From Azolla caroliniana (taxonomy: Eukaryota; Plantae; Polypodiophyta), in assembly GCA_043228905.1 (NCBI GenBank), contig JBHGNT010000015.1, forward strand, positions 2,170,001 to 2,234,000: 64,000 nt of DNA. Reading direction: 5' to 3'. Below the pieces are notes generated by a model. It did no database searches, was not told the origin of the DNA, and saw only the letters and a program-made list of their open reading frames with translations. Made by a program: the position numbers and the translations under genes. This document shows, in pieces, positions 49,396 through 60,538 of the stretch (its first letter is position 1; each line of letters starts with the position of its first letter).

Positions 49396-50520
49396 TTACT
49401 CGTTTAACACATCCTCTAATTGACTCAAGACATCGAATCTATTCTCATGACATGGACTATGAGGCTTATTTATGTTATTAGAAGTAACAATAGAACTCGA
49501 TGTAGGGTTTTCATGGACACTTACTTGGTATACTTGACGCCTAGGTTTATGTGGACAATTTACAGCTATATGTCCTGGACCGCCACAATACAGGCAGAGG
49601 CGATGCGCTCGACGTCGTTGCTTCTCAGCATCTGATAACGGCCCACGACGTTGTGTTGACTCTATTTCCATCGGAGTTGGGCCATCCCTTGTAATGGGTC
49701 TAGAAACTTGTGGAGACGTTGCGACTACGGAAGCGTAAGTCTGCTCAGGTTGGCGGCGTAACATTTGTTGGCGCTCAAAACGTCGCTCAAATAGGCGATT
49801 ATCACATCGCACAGCTCGACTAATGGCTTCTGTAAGTGACTTCGGATCTTCAGGGAAAGTAAGAAGAAGATCTTTGACATCATTTCTCAAACCTTGACGG
49901 AATTGATCCATTAAAGCTGCCTCATCCCAAGGGATATCACATGCCAAGAGACGGAAATCGGCTGCATAAGACGACGCGGGACGATCTCCTTGTCGGAGCC
50001 TTCGAATCTTGTTTATCGCTGTCCTAGTGCTGTCGGTGTCTCCGAAACTAGCTTGAAACTCTTTAACAAATGCCTCGAAATCCTCCAGCAATGGTGATTT
50101 CTTCTCGAGAAGTGGTGCGAACCATGCTAACGTCGTACCGCATAGCAAAGTTCCCACTAATCCCACACGAGCAGCATCAGTTGGATACCGATTGGGATGT
50201 AGCTGAATAACTAGACAAACTTGATTTAAAAAGCCTCGAAATAAAGACCTCGTACCATCAAACTTGGCAGGGAGGCTAATCTTTGGCTCTCTGGGGGAGT
50301 TCTGAGCCCCCGACGCTTGCTCTCGTAATGACAATATAGTCGCCTCGAGTTGATGAACCCGCTGTGATAACTCTTCATATTGTTGAGCTTTTTTGGCGCT
50401 CACGTGTTGTAGATCTCCAAGTAGCCTTTGATTCTCATGCTCTAATGCCACAAATTTATTCGTGAGCATGTCGAGCTCAGAAAGAACACGCATGTATTCT
50501 TGTTTGCTCACGAACTCCAT
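49396..50520 (-). CDS. Chromovirus Gag (374 aa, intact ORF)
   Basis: Coiled-coil N-terminus, PKISLPAKFDG, LRQG..ASSYAADF, PTPMEI, CLYCGGPGHIAVNC. Confidence 0.9.
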   Translation of the reverse strand: MEFVSKQEYMRVLSELDMLTNKFVALEHENQRLLGDLQHVSAKKAQQYEELSQRVHQLEATILSLREQASGAQNSPREPKISLPAKFDGTRSLFRGFLNQVCLVIQLHPNRYPTDAARVGLVGTLLCGTTLAWFAPLLEKKSPLLEDFEAFVKEFQASFGDTDSTRTAINKIRRLRQGDRPASSYAADFRLLACDIPWDEAALMDQFRQGLRNDVKDLLLTFPEDPKSLTEAISRAVRCDNRLFERRFERQQMLRRQPEQTYASVVATSPQVSRPITRDGPTPMEIESTQRRGPLSDAEKQRRRAHRLCLYCGGPGHIAVNCPHKPRRQVYQVSVHENPTSSSIVTSNNINKPHSPCHENRFDVLSQLEDVLNE

Positions 50521-50608
50521 AGCTTACGAGGGGAGAGGAGAAGGAAGAAGAGAACTTGTTAGGGTTTGTGGAAGACGAAGAGATGAAAGGAAAAAAATTG
50601 GTTCAAAC

Positions 50609-51079
50609 TGTCAAGGCTGAGAGAGAGAAAGAGAGAGAAAAAGAGATAGAGAGATAATTGAAAGAGAATTATTATATTGAAGCGTAAAATGGATTACAAA
50701 GAGTAGGCTACAAAATGGCGTTGAACCAATTTAGGTTTGGGATGGGTGGTAGATCCCTATTTATAAGTAATAGAGAACACTCTAGAATATTCTAGGTTAT
50801 CCTAGAATGTAGAGTAATCTAGAAGATCTCTAGAGTATTCTAGAAGGTTCTAGTGGTATAGAACACTCTAGAATATTCTAGGTCATTCTAGAATGTAGAG
50901 TAATATAGAATATTCCTATGATATTAGATTTCATATTCTAGAGACTATACATATAAGAATATTAATACAATGGTTAAGGATTTGACATGTGTACAACAAG
51001 GTCGTGGGTTCAAATCCTTTCGAGTCATAATGTGACTGTCATGATCCTTTCCATGCATGATGTGACTGTTATCATGACA
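50609..51079 (-). repeat. 5' LTR of the chromovirus, with TATA (50758-50765), HSE-like array and tRNA-like cassette
   Basis: Nearly identical to the reassembled 3' LTR; TGTCA...TGACA termini. Confidence 0.93.
50963..51017 (+). promoter_or_regulatory. tRNA-like Pol III A-box/B-box cassette inside the LTR (degenerate A box)
   Basis: TAATACAATGG at 50963 and GGTTCAAATCC at 51007, 44 nt apart, preceded by AAGGTCGTG; no convincing cloverleaf. Confidence 0.6.
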
Positions 51080-53148
51080 GCCAAAGGCCCATCCGAAGGA
51101 GTGGCTCTAGAAGAGCTGACGCAAATGGTGCGCAATCTCTAGATCGTGCAGGCCCAGAGAGACAGCGGCGAACAGTCCTGCAACCTAAAGCCTCCGGTTG
51201 GGCAATGGCGCATGTGGTGCGACGCGGTCGGCCACGTCCGGAAAGAGTGCGTGGATTTTGCAGACTCTCTTAGAAGCAATGTGGTGTATTTGTGGAACGA
51301 GTGAGTGCACGCCGGCGACACCCGGAAAGCCTTGGAGCTGAATACTGGGCATGGAGGAATGACGCGGCTGATCGAAGAAGCGGAGGCCGTCCACTACTCG
51401 GCGTCAGCAGGAATCCGGGTCGGAAGCAACCAAGGCCGAAAGACAAAAGACTTTGGATTCTGGCCCTTGGTGCTAGAAGGCCTCACCGGCGTACAACTGA
51501 GGAAGGAAGAAGCGGACTGTACGGAGAATCGGATCCGAGAGGTTACTAGATGGGACGACCCAGTCGAGGAGAAAACTGGATTCGTGGAAGCAGTGTGCTA
51601 GAACTACGAGGTTCTGGTAGAAGACAAGCGTGCGGGAAAGGTCGGAGGGGCCGGACCTTCCCAATGGTATGAGACCCGGTTCGGGCTGAAGCAAAATGAT
51701 GCTGGTAACCCCGGTGCACCAGATAGAATGAAGCAGGCCGGTTACCGGCTAAGCACGGAGATTGAGAGGACGACGGACCTATGGAAGGTCCTTGAGGAAC
51801 GGATTCTCCACAGCAAGGTGGAGTTATCGCTGAGGGAGGTGAGGGATTGCAAAGAAGGAGTTCCACAATTCCATCGTGGACTTGGTGAAGTAGAAACGTC
51901 TCTCAACGGAACCGGAACCGGAGAAGCCTGTGGAGGTGCGCACAACGCACCTAGAGGACATGGCCCTAGAAGACGAGTTGGTGGAGAGCCACTATTCGAA
52001 GTTGCACTAGGTAAGGGCTACTACGGAAACCCCCATTCGGGTCGAGGACATCTAGGAGCCGGTAGTGGCACTGATCGACCATGGGTCAGAGATCAACCTG
52101 ATGTCTATGGACTTCTATAAGAAGGGAAAGTGGCCGATCAACACCAAGCACGGTTGGAAGATACGTGCGGCGACGCGCGCCACAAAGGAGTTGCACGACG
52201 CCTGCCCCAAATGTACGTGTGAAAATCGGCGATGTCGAGATTGATCAACACTTCTTCGTGAAGGAGACATCCTCGCACCCGGTGATACTCGGTGAACCGT
52301 ACATTACGGCGGCACGCATGGAGACAAAGGTGTTGGATAATAGTTCGGCTTACACACGCGTGAAGAGCCAAGATGGGCGACACTCCGTCCAATTTCTAAC
52401 AATGTGACCGAACCATGAGTGTAACCCCGAGACCCTCATTGGCGATAGCCGAGGGGATTTTTAGAGAGGGCTATCAAGGCGTGGGGACGCAGTAGTCCAA
52501 ACACTCCAGCAAAACCCCACAAGTGTACCATAGGAAGGAATTTTTGTACTATAGGTACGAAGTTTTGGGTCTCCGAGGATGGAGGTTGTACGATAGCCGA
52601 CATTGGTGGCCGGGAGAAGAAGAGGGCCTAGGAGCATTTCAAAGAGTGCGGAGTCCTCAACCCAGACAAAGAAATTCGCAACGCCGTGGAGGCGGTCTCT
52701 TTCGACGACACCCTGGGGGAAATGGGAAAGGTGATTGAAGAAGGCCTCCGTGAAGACCGGGTGATTCCAGTTAACTCGGTGGAGATGTACGAAGTCATTG
52801 CCGACTTCGGGGAAAGGGTCGAGTTGGATCGAACGGCCCGCGTGGATACGCGATACAAGACTGTGGACCGGAAGGTGAGGTCAGTCGCGGCACCCGTACC
52901 GAAGGGCAACGAGGAATGGATGAAAGGGGTCGCGTCGGACCCAAGTTTGCGGAATCTAGCCGGCATAGGACACCGGTTCACCGACAAAAAGCTACGGGAG
53001 CTCAAGGTCGGTGGGGGTGGCTTCCTACTGCCGGCGGAGGAGCGGTTTCCGAGAATGCTCGGAAGTCACGAGAAGGCCTTCGCATTCTCACCGGAGGAGA
53101 TCGGGTGCGTAGATCCAACGATTGTGGAACCAATGGTGATTTTCACAG

Positions 53149-54148
53149 TGTCGTGAAGATTTTCGGCAATGGTGTGAAAATCACATAAAACTACAAAAAG
53201 ATGAAGGTCTTGAAGAAACATACATCTAAGTGTCAACTTACGTGGGTAGGAAGTTTGCAAAGACAAAGAGAAAATAAAATTGTGAGATATCCCACATAGA
53301 CAGGATAAATAACAATCTCACCATATATAAGGTAGAGCAAAAGCTATTATCTGTGTGTTTATGTGTGGAGCATAGAGAGTTCAAGGTGACTTGAACTAAG
53401 CGATTGGATTAATGGGTGTGGCTTGGCTACTTGCAAAGGTTTTGGCCAACCAAAACTGAACCGGCGACGGAGCCAGTGGCAACCGACATCCGGCTACCGG
53501 ACAGTAACCGGGATCCGACGACGGAACGGTAATCGATATCCGGCGACCGGCGACTAGATGGATAAATATATATATATATATATATACATATATACAAGGA
53601 GGGAAAGTAAAGATTTGAACCTTGCACCTCCAAGTTGAGAGTCAATAGGCTTACCACTAAGCCAACACATTTTCTTGGAATTATATTTTTATCATTGTAA
53701 CTTTACATGTAAATTCTCATACATGAGAGCTAAAATGAGTGACATGGTTATCATGCACCACATGTAATACATGAGTGCCAAATGGCAAACATGCATTTTA
53801 TGCATGTCTTGTACCCTCACATGCATGAGGTTATCTATAAAAGAGGGGAGGAAAAAGATAAAAGGACTAATGTAAAAATTTTGGATGATCAAATAAGAAA
53901 CTTGTAACCCTATTGTTGATGTATCTTATCTCTTAAATCTAAAGTTAAAAGTTCGATTTTATCTCTCTCACCATATCAATCTCTCTCATCCTAAAGTCGA
54001 GCGTTTAAATCTCATATTAATCTCAATCTCTCTCAATCTATCTTAAAAACCTTTCCCGCTAAAGCTAGTGCAAACTTCAAATCCTTCCGATCCAGGACCT
54101 CGATGGTTCCGCCTCGCGATCTGCACATAGTGACGGATCTTCACGACA
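53149..54148 (+). mobile_element. 1000-bp insertion, probably a solo LTR with family-A-like termini
   Basis: 12-bp terminal inverted repeat TGTCGTGAAGAT...ATCTTCACGACA; flanks ACAG/ATGG where A2 has ACGG; TATA-like CTATAAAAG near 53836; interrupts A3 pol (VIFTV|PHV). Confidence 0.8.
53611..53664 (-). promoter_or_regulatory. tRNA-like A-box/B-box cassette inside the 53149 element
   Basis: Minus strand TGGCTTAGTGG and GGTTCAAATCT, 43 nt apart. Confidence 0.65.
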
Positions 54149-54625
54149 ATGGTACCACATGTGTCATGGAATCTCAAGCCGATTCCGGTACCAAGAGCTC
54201 ACATCCCGAAGTTGATGGAGTTGTTGAAGTAGAAGGTGGAGATGGGCATCCTCAAGCCGTTGAGTGCCCCGTATTCGAATCGGTGGTTTACCGTGCCGAA
54301 GAAGAACGGCACACTGCACTTCATTCAAGACCTGCAACCGGTCAATAAAGTGACCATTCAGAATGCAGGAATCAAACCGACTATTGATGAGTTCGTGGAG
54401 GCCTTCGCCAGAAAGTCGATCTATTCGGTCAGTGACCTGTACTCGGGGTACGATTAGTTCCAACTAGTCGTGGAGAGCAGGGATATTACGACGATGCGGA
54501 CTCCTCTCGGCCTAGTGGGGATGTGTACCCTACTGCAAGGAGGGACCAACTCAGTGGCGCACATGGTGAATGCAATGAACAAAGTGTTGCAGGACTACAT
54601 CCCAGACATCACCATGCCATTCTTG

Positions 54626-55073
54626 TGTCAGGAATAGTACTAAAACAGAGAGAGAATTAGTACTAGAGAAGGGAAGTACTATTAGTACTAAGAGGATGGG
54701 ACTACGTAAGACTCCCGAGAGAGAGGAAAGAGAAGAGGAGAGAGAGAGAGAGAGAGAGATAGTGAGGATGAGAAAGAGAGAGATGATGATAACATATGAT
54801 ATATTATAGGAAGAGTAAGTAGAAGATGGCTATGAGGCTTAAGACTAGCGTTGAACCAATTTGGTTCAACATAATGCCTAGTTCCTTCTTTTATAGTGTT
54901 CTCAGGAGTAATCCTGAAGCTTCTAGAATGTTCCAAAGAAATCTGGAATATGCATTAATTTCCTATAATAAACTTAAAATAATATCCTACATATTACAAT
55001 AGATGGTATAATGGTCAAGAGCTCGACCCATATAACATAAGGTCATGGGTTCGAGTCTTGCCATATCATGACA
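54626..55073 (-). mobile_element. Solo LTR of a second chromovirus-like family
   Basis: TGTCA...TATCATGACA termini, GA-rich tract, GCGTTGAACCAATTT motif, TATA, HSE and tRNA-like cassette in the same order as in 50609-51079; the right TSD appears lost by a GACATC microhomology deletion. Confidence 0.78.
55004..55058 (+). promoter_or_regulatory. tRNA-like A-box/B-box cassette inside the 54626 solo LTR
   Basis: TGGTATAATGG at 55004 and GGTTCGAGTCT at 55048, 44 nt apart. Confidence 0.65.
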
Positions 55074-55373
55074 TCCCGATCAAAGGATGCTCGGTGGAAG
55101 ATGAGGACGAATCAGTTGGGCCAGACGGTTGCCGGAGATTCGTGGTGGACCACATCAACGACTGCAAGAGGGTGCTACAGAGACTCGAGAGTGGGCAACT
55201 CACCTTCTCCAGAGAGAAATCGGCTTTTGGGCAGTCAGAGATCATGGTCGTCGGTCACCTATGCGGACCTTAAGGCCGGAAACCATCCTCAGCAAAGGTA
55301 GAAGCCATCTCCACAATGAAGGAAGACTGCAAGTCGGTTACAGAAGTCCAGAGGTTCTTAGGCGCGTGCGCGT

Positions 55374-58300
55374 TGTCATGAAGAATTTCGGCCAGAGGCA
55401 GAAACCGGGAAACATTGGCTACATCGGCGGGGTGCAGCGTGTGTACGCACCCATATACATTTAGTGTGAATAACGAGGGCGCCTTTATGGCGCCGAAGAG
55501 TAGTCAAGTCGGGACAGACGATCCCATGAAAGTCGGGATTTATCCCGCATTGTAACGCAATCCTCTCCTTGTTCTATAAAAGGAAGGGAGCGCCCTTTGT
55601 GAAAGGGGTTGCCCATTTTGCATTAGAGGGTATACCGTTAGATTTAGGGTTAGTTACATTTCTTCTTCTTCTCCCCCCTTCGTGTTCATTTAGGGTTTGC
55701 TTCAGCTCCTCTCCTACGCAAGACCCCGCTCGGTGCGACGAGCCCGTGAGCTCCCCGACCGGCGGCTTGGCGGCTGACGACTATTGTAACCTACCTTGGT
55801 CCGGCTCGAAGCCGGGAATGTATTCTTCCTTTTATATATATACATTTGCGTCTGTCTGTGTATATTCGCATCTCTGTTGGTGTCGGGTGCTTCCCCTTTC
55901 CTGCGTTTCCTGTACATAAGGGCGTGAGTCGGGTCGACATGTGTGTGTGTGTGCGTGTGTGTGCGTGAGTCGGTGTTAAGCGCGCGCTCCCTCTCTTTCC
56001 CTCTCTCCCTTCGGTCGCTTCCGGTCTTCTTCCAGGATCCCCCAGAAACGGTGAAGCACGACTTCCTACGCTCCGTCACTCCCTAGTCCAAGACCCTCGT
56101 GGTCCCGCCTTTCTCCACGCACGCACGTAAAAACGTGACATCTTTGGTGAACCCGACGTGAAAGGCGGCAAGGGAGAATGGAGTCGGAAGACGACGACCT
56201 TGCGGAGATGGTGGCCGAAGTGGTGTTGGAGTCGACACGAGTGGTGATGAGGCGAGAAGCAACGCAACAAGCGGTTGAGCGAGTGGTCGAAAGAGTCGGC
56301 CGTTTCAACGGGGACAAAGTCCCATCTTACTTGGAAGCCTACAACGCGGAAATGGAGGAGCGTGGCGTAGACGAGGCATTGAGGCTGGAGTTCTTCTGTC
56401 GGGTCGTAGCTATCCGGATGCATGCAGAAGTTAAGGAGCTCCGTGAGGCTCATAGTTCGTGGGAGGCCTTCGAAGAGGCGCTCTTGAAGGTATACGAAGG
56501 ACGGCGGAAGAGCCGGGGACGACACGACTTCGACCAGTGGGTAGCATCGGCAAAGACCCACCGGGGTGCGACGAAGGTGTTCCAAGAGTTCGAGCGACGG
56601 CTTGCTCGGCTCCCGGAGCGGGAACAAGGTTTGGTGGGGACAAACAGGGTCCTACTGTTCGTCAAGTCGATCGACCGAGCGGAACAGGAGGCCATCGGGA
56701 TTGAGCTCGAAGATGATGACGGAGCGAATGGGCTTACGGAGGACTGGTCGAAGGTCGGAAGGGTGTGCCTACGGCTAGACAATGAGTGAGCCGAGAAGAC
56801 TAAGAGGAAGGTGCGCGACGACATGCCATCACAGCGGGAAGAGGCCGAACGGCAAAGAGAGCCGGCAAGGGTCGGCGTTGGGGCCAGGATTGCGGAGGCG
56901 TACGCAGCTCTCGAGGCGATGCTCGAGGAAGAGGAAAGATCAAGGCCGCAAGCCGAGACTGAGGAGACGGACTTGCCCCACGCGACGGCGGAAGATCGGT
57001 ACCACGGTACCACGGGAGAGGGTGCGGAACAAAACGCCCTCTCGACTTGCGGAGATAGAACGGCCAAGGACGAGGCCGAGATACAGATCGCGGAACCGGA
57101 TAATTGGGACCAGCGGTTTCGGGCGTGTCAGCCCGAAACCCCGGGAATCGGAGAAACAAGCCCAGGCGGGGCTTGCGCGATTGGTAAGAAGACGACCGCC
57201 GACCACGAAGAGTCGGTGGCTACGGACAAGGGCGTGAAACGGACGGGCGATTCTTTGTGTCTTCCCACACTTGCTCCCGAGACGATGGCAGTCGGGCCCA
57301 AGTGCCCACGTGAGTCCCAAGCGGAGGAAGGCGGCGGCGAAAGACCAAGAATCACCGGCGAGACGATACGGGGAAGGAGCGGACGAAAGCCCACGGACCC
57401 GATTCCGGAGAACTCGGCATTCGGGCCCGTATGCCCATGTAAGACCGAGGAGATGGATGGCGGTACCGAGGAGTCCTGGCACGATGCCAACGAAGATGGA
57501 TGGGAAACGGCCTGCGAGGAGGCCGAGGACGGAAGCGGCACGAGAAGATCGGCATTCCGATTCGGATGGAGAAGAATCCGGTCGTGGATCGTTCGAGCAG
57601 GGCCGGATTTGGCATAAAGGTGCCGATACGGGAGAGGGTGCGGGACGAGCCGCCCTCTTTTACATGGGGAGAAAGACCGACCGGGCGAAGGTCGAGAGTT
57701 GGAAGGAGAATGAAAGCCGGTCCTATGGAGTTCCTTACACCGATCCGGCTGTCGGCCCGAGTGCTGGAGTAAGTCCTATAGGAGAGATCGGTGGCAACAG
57801 GAGAACGGGACCCGGCAATACGGAGAAGCACGGACGGACCCGGACGAGAACCGGGCGGAACGGACTCCCGGATGACCATTCCGGGAGGGAGGAAAAGAGC
57901 GAGCCTACGGAGAGGCCGAGGAGACGGTACGTCGGTACCACGGGAGAGGGTGCGGAGTAAACCGCCCTCTCGGCGTAGGACGACCCGGGACAGGGTTAGG
58001 AAGACAAATCGGAGGCCCAAGGAGGATCCTTCACACCGGTTCTAGAGACTTCGGCGGTCGGCAACGCGGTTGACGTAAGACCAAGATACTGACGATGGCG
58101 GCGAGGTGACGAAGGGAAAAAGGGCTACGGATGGGCGGTCTACGGAGATCCTCACACTGATCCGGCGGTCGGCCCGAGAGCCGACGTGAGTCCTATAGGG
58201 AAGATCGGTGGCGGCAGGAGAACGCGATCGAACGGCGGGAGGCGATGAACGGCACGAAGGTATCAGGCCAGCGAGGCGGCCACAAACCAAATCGGACCTT

Positions 58301-60538
58301 CCGGCAAGGTCAGTGGGCGTAAGGAAGTCCGGTCCTACGGGATCCCCACACTTAACCAGAGACTCCGGCAGTTCGGCCAACGTGGCAACATGAGACCAAG
58401 AGAGAAGGTTGGTGGCGGCGGGAAACGGGACCCAACTACGCGGAAGACACGAGGAGAGTCAGGGAGGGACTCAAACAAAAGACACCCGAATTTCGGCAAG
58501 CATAGAAACGGAGTCCGGTCCCATGGGACCCTCACACCGATCCGGAGACTCCGGCAGTTCGCCCAACGTGGCAACGTGAGACCAAGGGAGAAGGACTGTG
58601 GGGGTAGGGAACGGGACCCGACGACACGAGGTAGCGGATAGGGAGCCGGTAAGACGGGCGGACGAAGTGCGAAACCCTCACCGACCGGTCACGGCTTCGG
58701 AAGGAGCCGGTAGGGGCAAATACAAGGAGGTGTGTCGGGCCGGAAAGGCACACCTGGGACGGAATAAGAGTCTCGCAAGTGGCCATCGTGGGCCGGATCA
58801 AAGCGTGACTATGGGACAGTGTTCGGCACGGGAGGTGCCGAACAAAGGAAGCGGAAGACGGCACAAGAGAGGTGCCGGGAACGAGGTGACAAGTGCCTAG
58901 TGGACTGCACAGGGTCGGAGTTAGGGGATGGCAAGAGAGGCCGGAGGAGGATCCTCCACACTCGCTTCGTAGATCTCGGGAGCTCCGTCGAAGTAGCGAA
59001 GACTGACACGGCAAGCCCGGGGTGACAAGCTGGTGGGGGCGAGGGGACAACGGCAAGCGGAAGACTCGGGACCTGTTGCAGCAGCACGAAGACGGGAAGG
59101 GCCAAGTGGGCTACTACGGGGTGTTCCTCGGATGCGCGGCGATGCACGATCTGGCCGGGAAAGGGGCCGACAAGGCGTGCAATGAACCGGAGTACGGCAC
59201 AGGCGGTGCCAAACAACGGACGAGGGTATGTGGCGCACAGAGGTGCTGGAACGGAAAGGCGAGCGCGGAGATAGGTTGTGCGGTTCGGAGGTAGCGCGTA
59301 GAAGGCCAAAGAGGGATCCTCCACACTATTCCAGAGACCATGGCGGTTCGAGCCGACGCGGCGATGTAAGACCATGGAGAAGGAAGGTGGCGGCGAGAGG
59401 ACGAAGGCAGCGCGAAACAACATGGGACGACAATTAGGACATCACGAATGGTCATCGGAGGCCAAGCGGGCCACTACGGGCATGCCTCAAGCGGAGGACA
59501 TCGGGCATACGGCGGGAAGCGGGGCATTCATACGGCCGAACAAGGGCCAACGGAAGTACGCGTACTACGGAGATCGCGGCAGAGGACCCATCGACGGGTC
59601 GAACGAGCCTACGGGGAGGTAAGCGCGAAGGAAGAATCGAAGCCGACGGGTCAAACCGGCAGTGAGCCGGGATGCGGATCACGGAAGACCGGTTTCTCAC
59701 TGGCCGAAATCTCTCACCCTTCACCGGATTTGGCACATACCGGTGGATGTGCGGTTAGGTGGGGGCGGATGTCGTGAAGAATTTCGGCCAGAGGCGGAAA
59801 CCGGGAAACATTGGCTACATCGGCGGGGTGCAGCGTGTGTACGCACCCATGTACATTTAGTGTGAATAACGAGGGCGCCTTTATGGCGCCGAAGAGTAGT
59901 CAAGTCGGGACAGACGATCCCATGAAAGTCGGGATTTATCCCGCATTGTAACGCATCCCTCTCCTTGTTCTATAAAAGGAAGGGAGCGCCCTTTGTGAAA
60001 GGGGTCCCCCATTTTGCATTAGAGGGTATACCGTTAGATTTAGGGTTAGTTACATTTCTTCTTCTTCTCCCCCCTTCATGTTCGCTTAGGGTTTGCTTCA
60101 GCTCCTCTCCTGTGCAAGACCCCGCTCGGCACGACGAGCCCATGAGCTCCCCGACCGGCGGCTTGGCGGCTGACGACTATTGTAACCTACCTTGGTCCGG
60201 CTCGAAGACGGGAATGTATTCTTCCTTTTATATATATACATTTGCGTCTGTCTGTGTATATTCGCGTCTCTGTTGGTGTCGGGTGCTTCCCCTTTCCTGC
60301 ATTTCCTGTACATAAGGGCGTGAGTCGGGTCGGCATGTGTGTGTGTGTGTGCGTGTGTGTGCGTGAGTCGGTGTTAAGCGCGCGCTCCCTCTCTTTCTCT
60401 CTCTCCCTTCAGTCGCTTCTGGTGTTCTTCTAGGATCCCCCGGAAACGGTGAAGCACGACTTCCTACGCTCCGTCACTCCCTAGTCCAAGACCCCCGTGG
60501 TCCCGCCTTTCTCCACGCACGCGTGTAACAACGCGACA
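55374..60538 (+). mobile_element. Complete non-autonomous gag-only LTR element N2 with 4-bp TSD GCGT
   Basis: LTRs 55374-56140 and 59770-60538; PBS TGGTGAACCCGACGTGA at 56145-56161; PPT GGTTAGGTGGGGGCGGA; TSD at 55370-55373 and 60539-60542; no pol. Confidence 0.94.
56178..57617 (+). pseudogene. Gag-like ORF of N2 with one CGA>TGA stop at 56787-56789
   Basis: ORFs 56178..56789 and 56811..57617 are in frame and collinear with the 485-aa N1 ORF. Confidence 0.85.

Larger units (their letters stand above)
38616..51079 (-). mobile_element. Chromovirus (Tcn1/Tf1-sushi-like Ty3/Gypsy), full length, 3' LTR split by C5
   Basis: 471-bp LTRs at 50609-51079 and 38616-39023 + 45703-45765; TSD GTCAA/GCCAA; PPT GAAGAAGGGGGATAG next to 45765; gag, PR, RT, RH, INT and chromodomain present. 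Confidence 0.94.

Noticed and set aside
50955-51030. Functional tRNA genes at the A/B-box cassettes (also 53605-53670 and 55000-55063)
   Set aside because: I could not build convincing acceptor and anticodon stems by eye; they are reported only as tRNA-like promoter cassettes.
53149-54148. DNA transposon or MITE interpretation, given the 12-bp terminal inverted repeat
   Set aside because: The TG..CA ends match family A LTR tips, the 4-bp target matches, and a TATA plus CT-rich tract is present, so a solo LTR is more likely; not fully excluded.
55640-55700. TTTAGGG motifs as interstitial telomere
   Set aside because: They are isolated telo-box-like copies inside LTRs, not tandem arrays.
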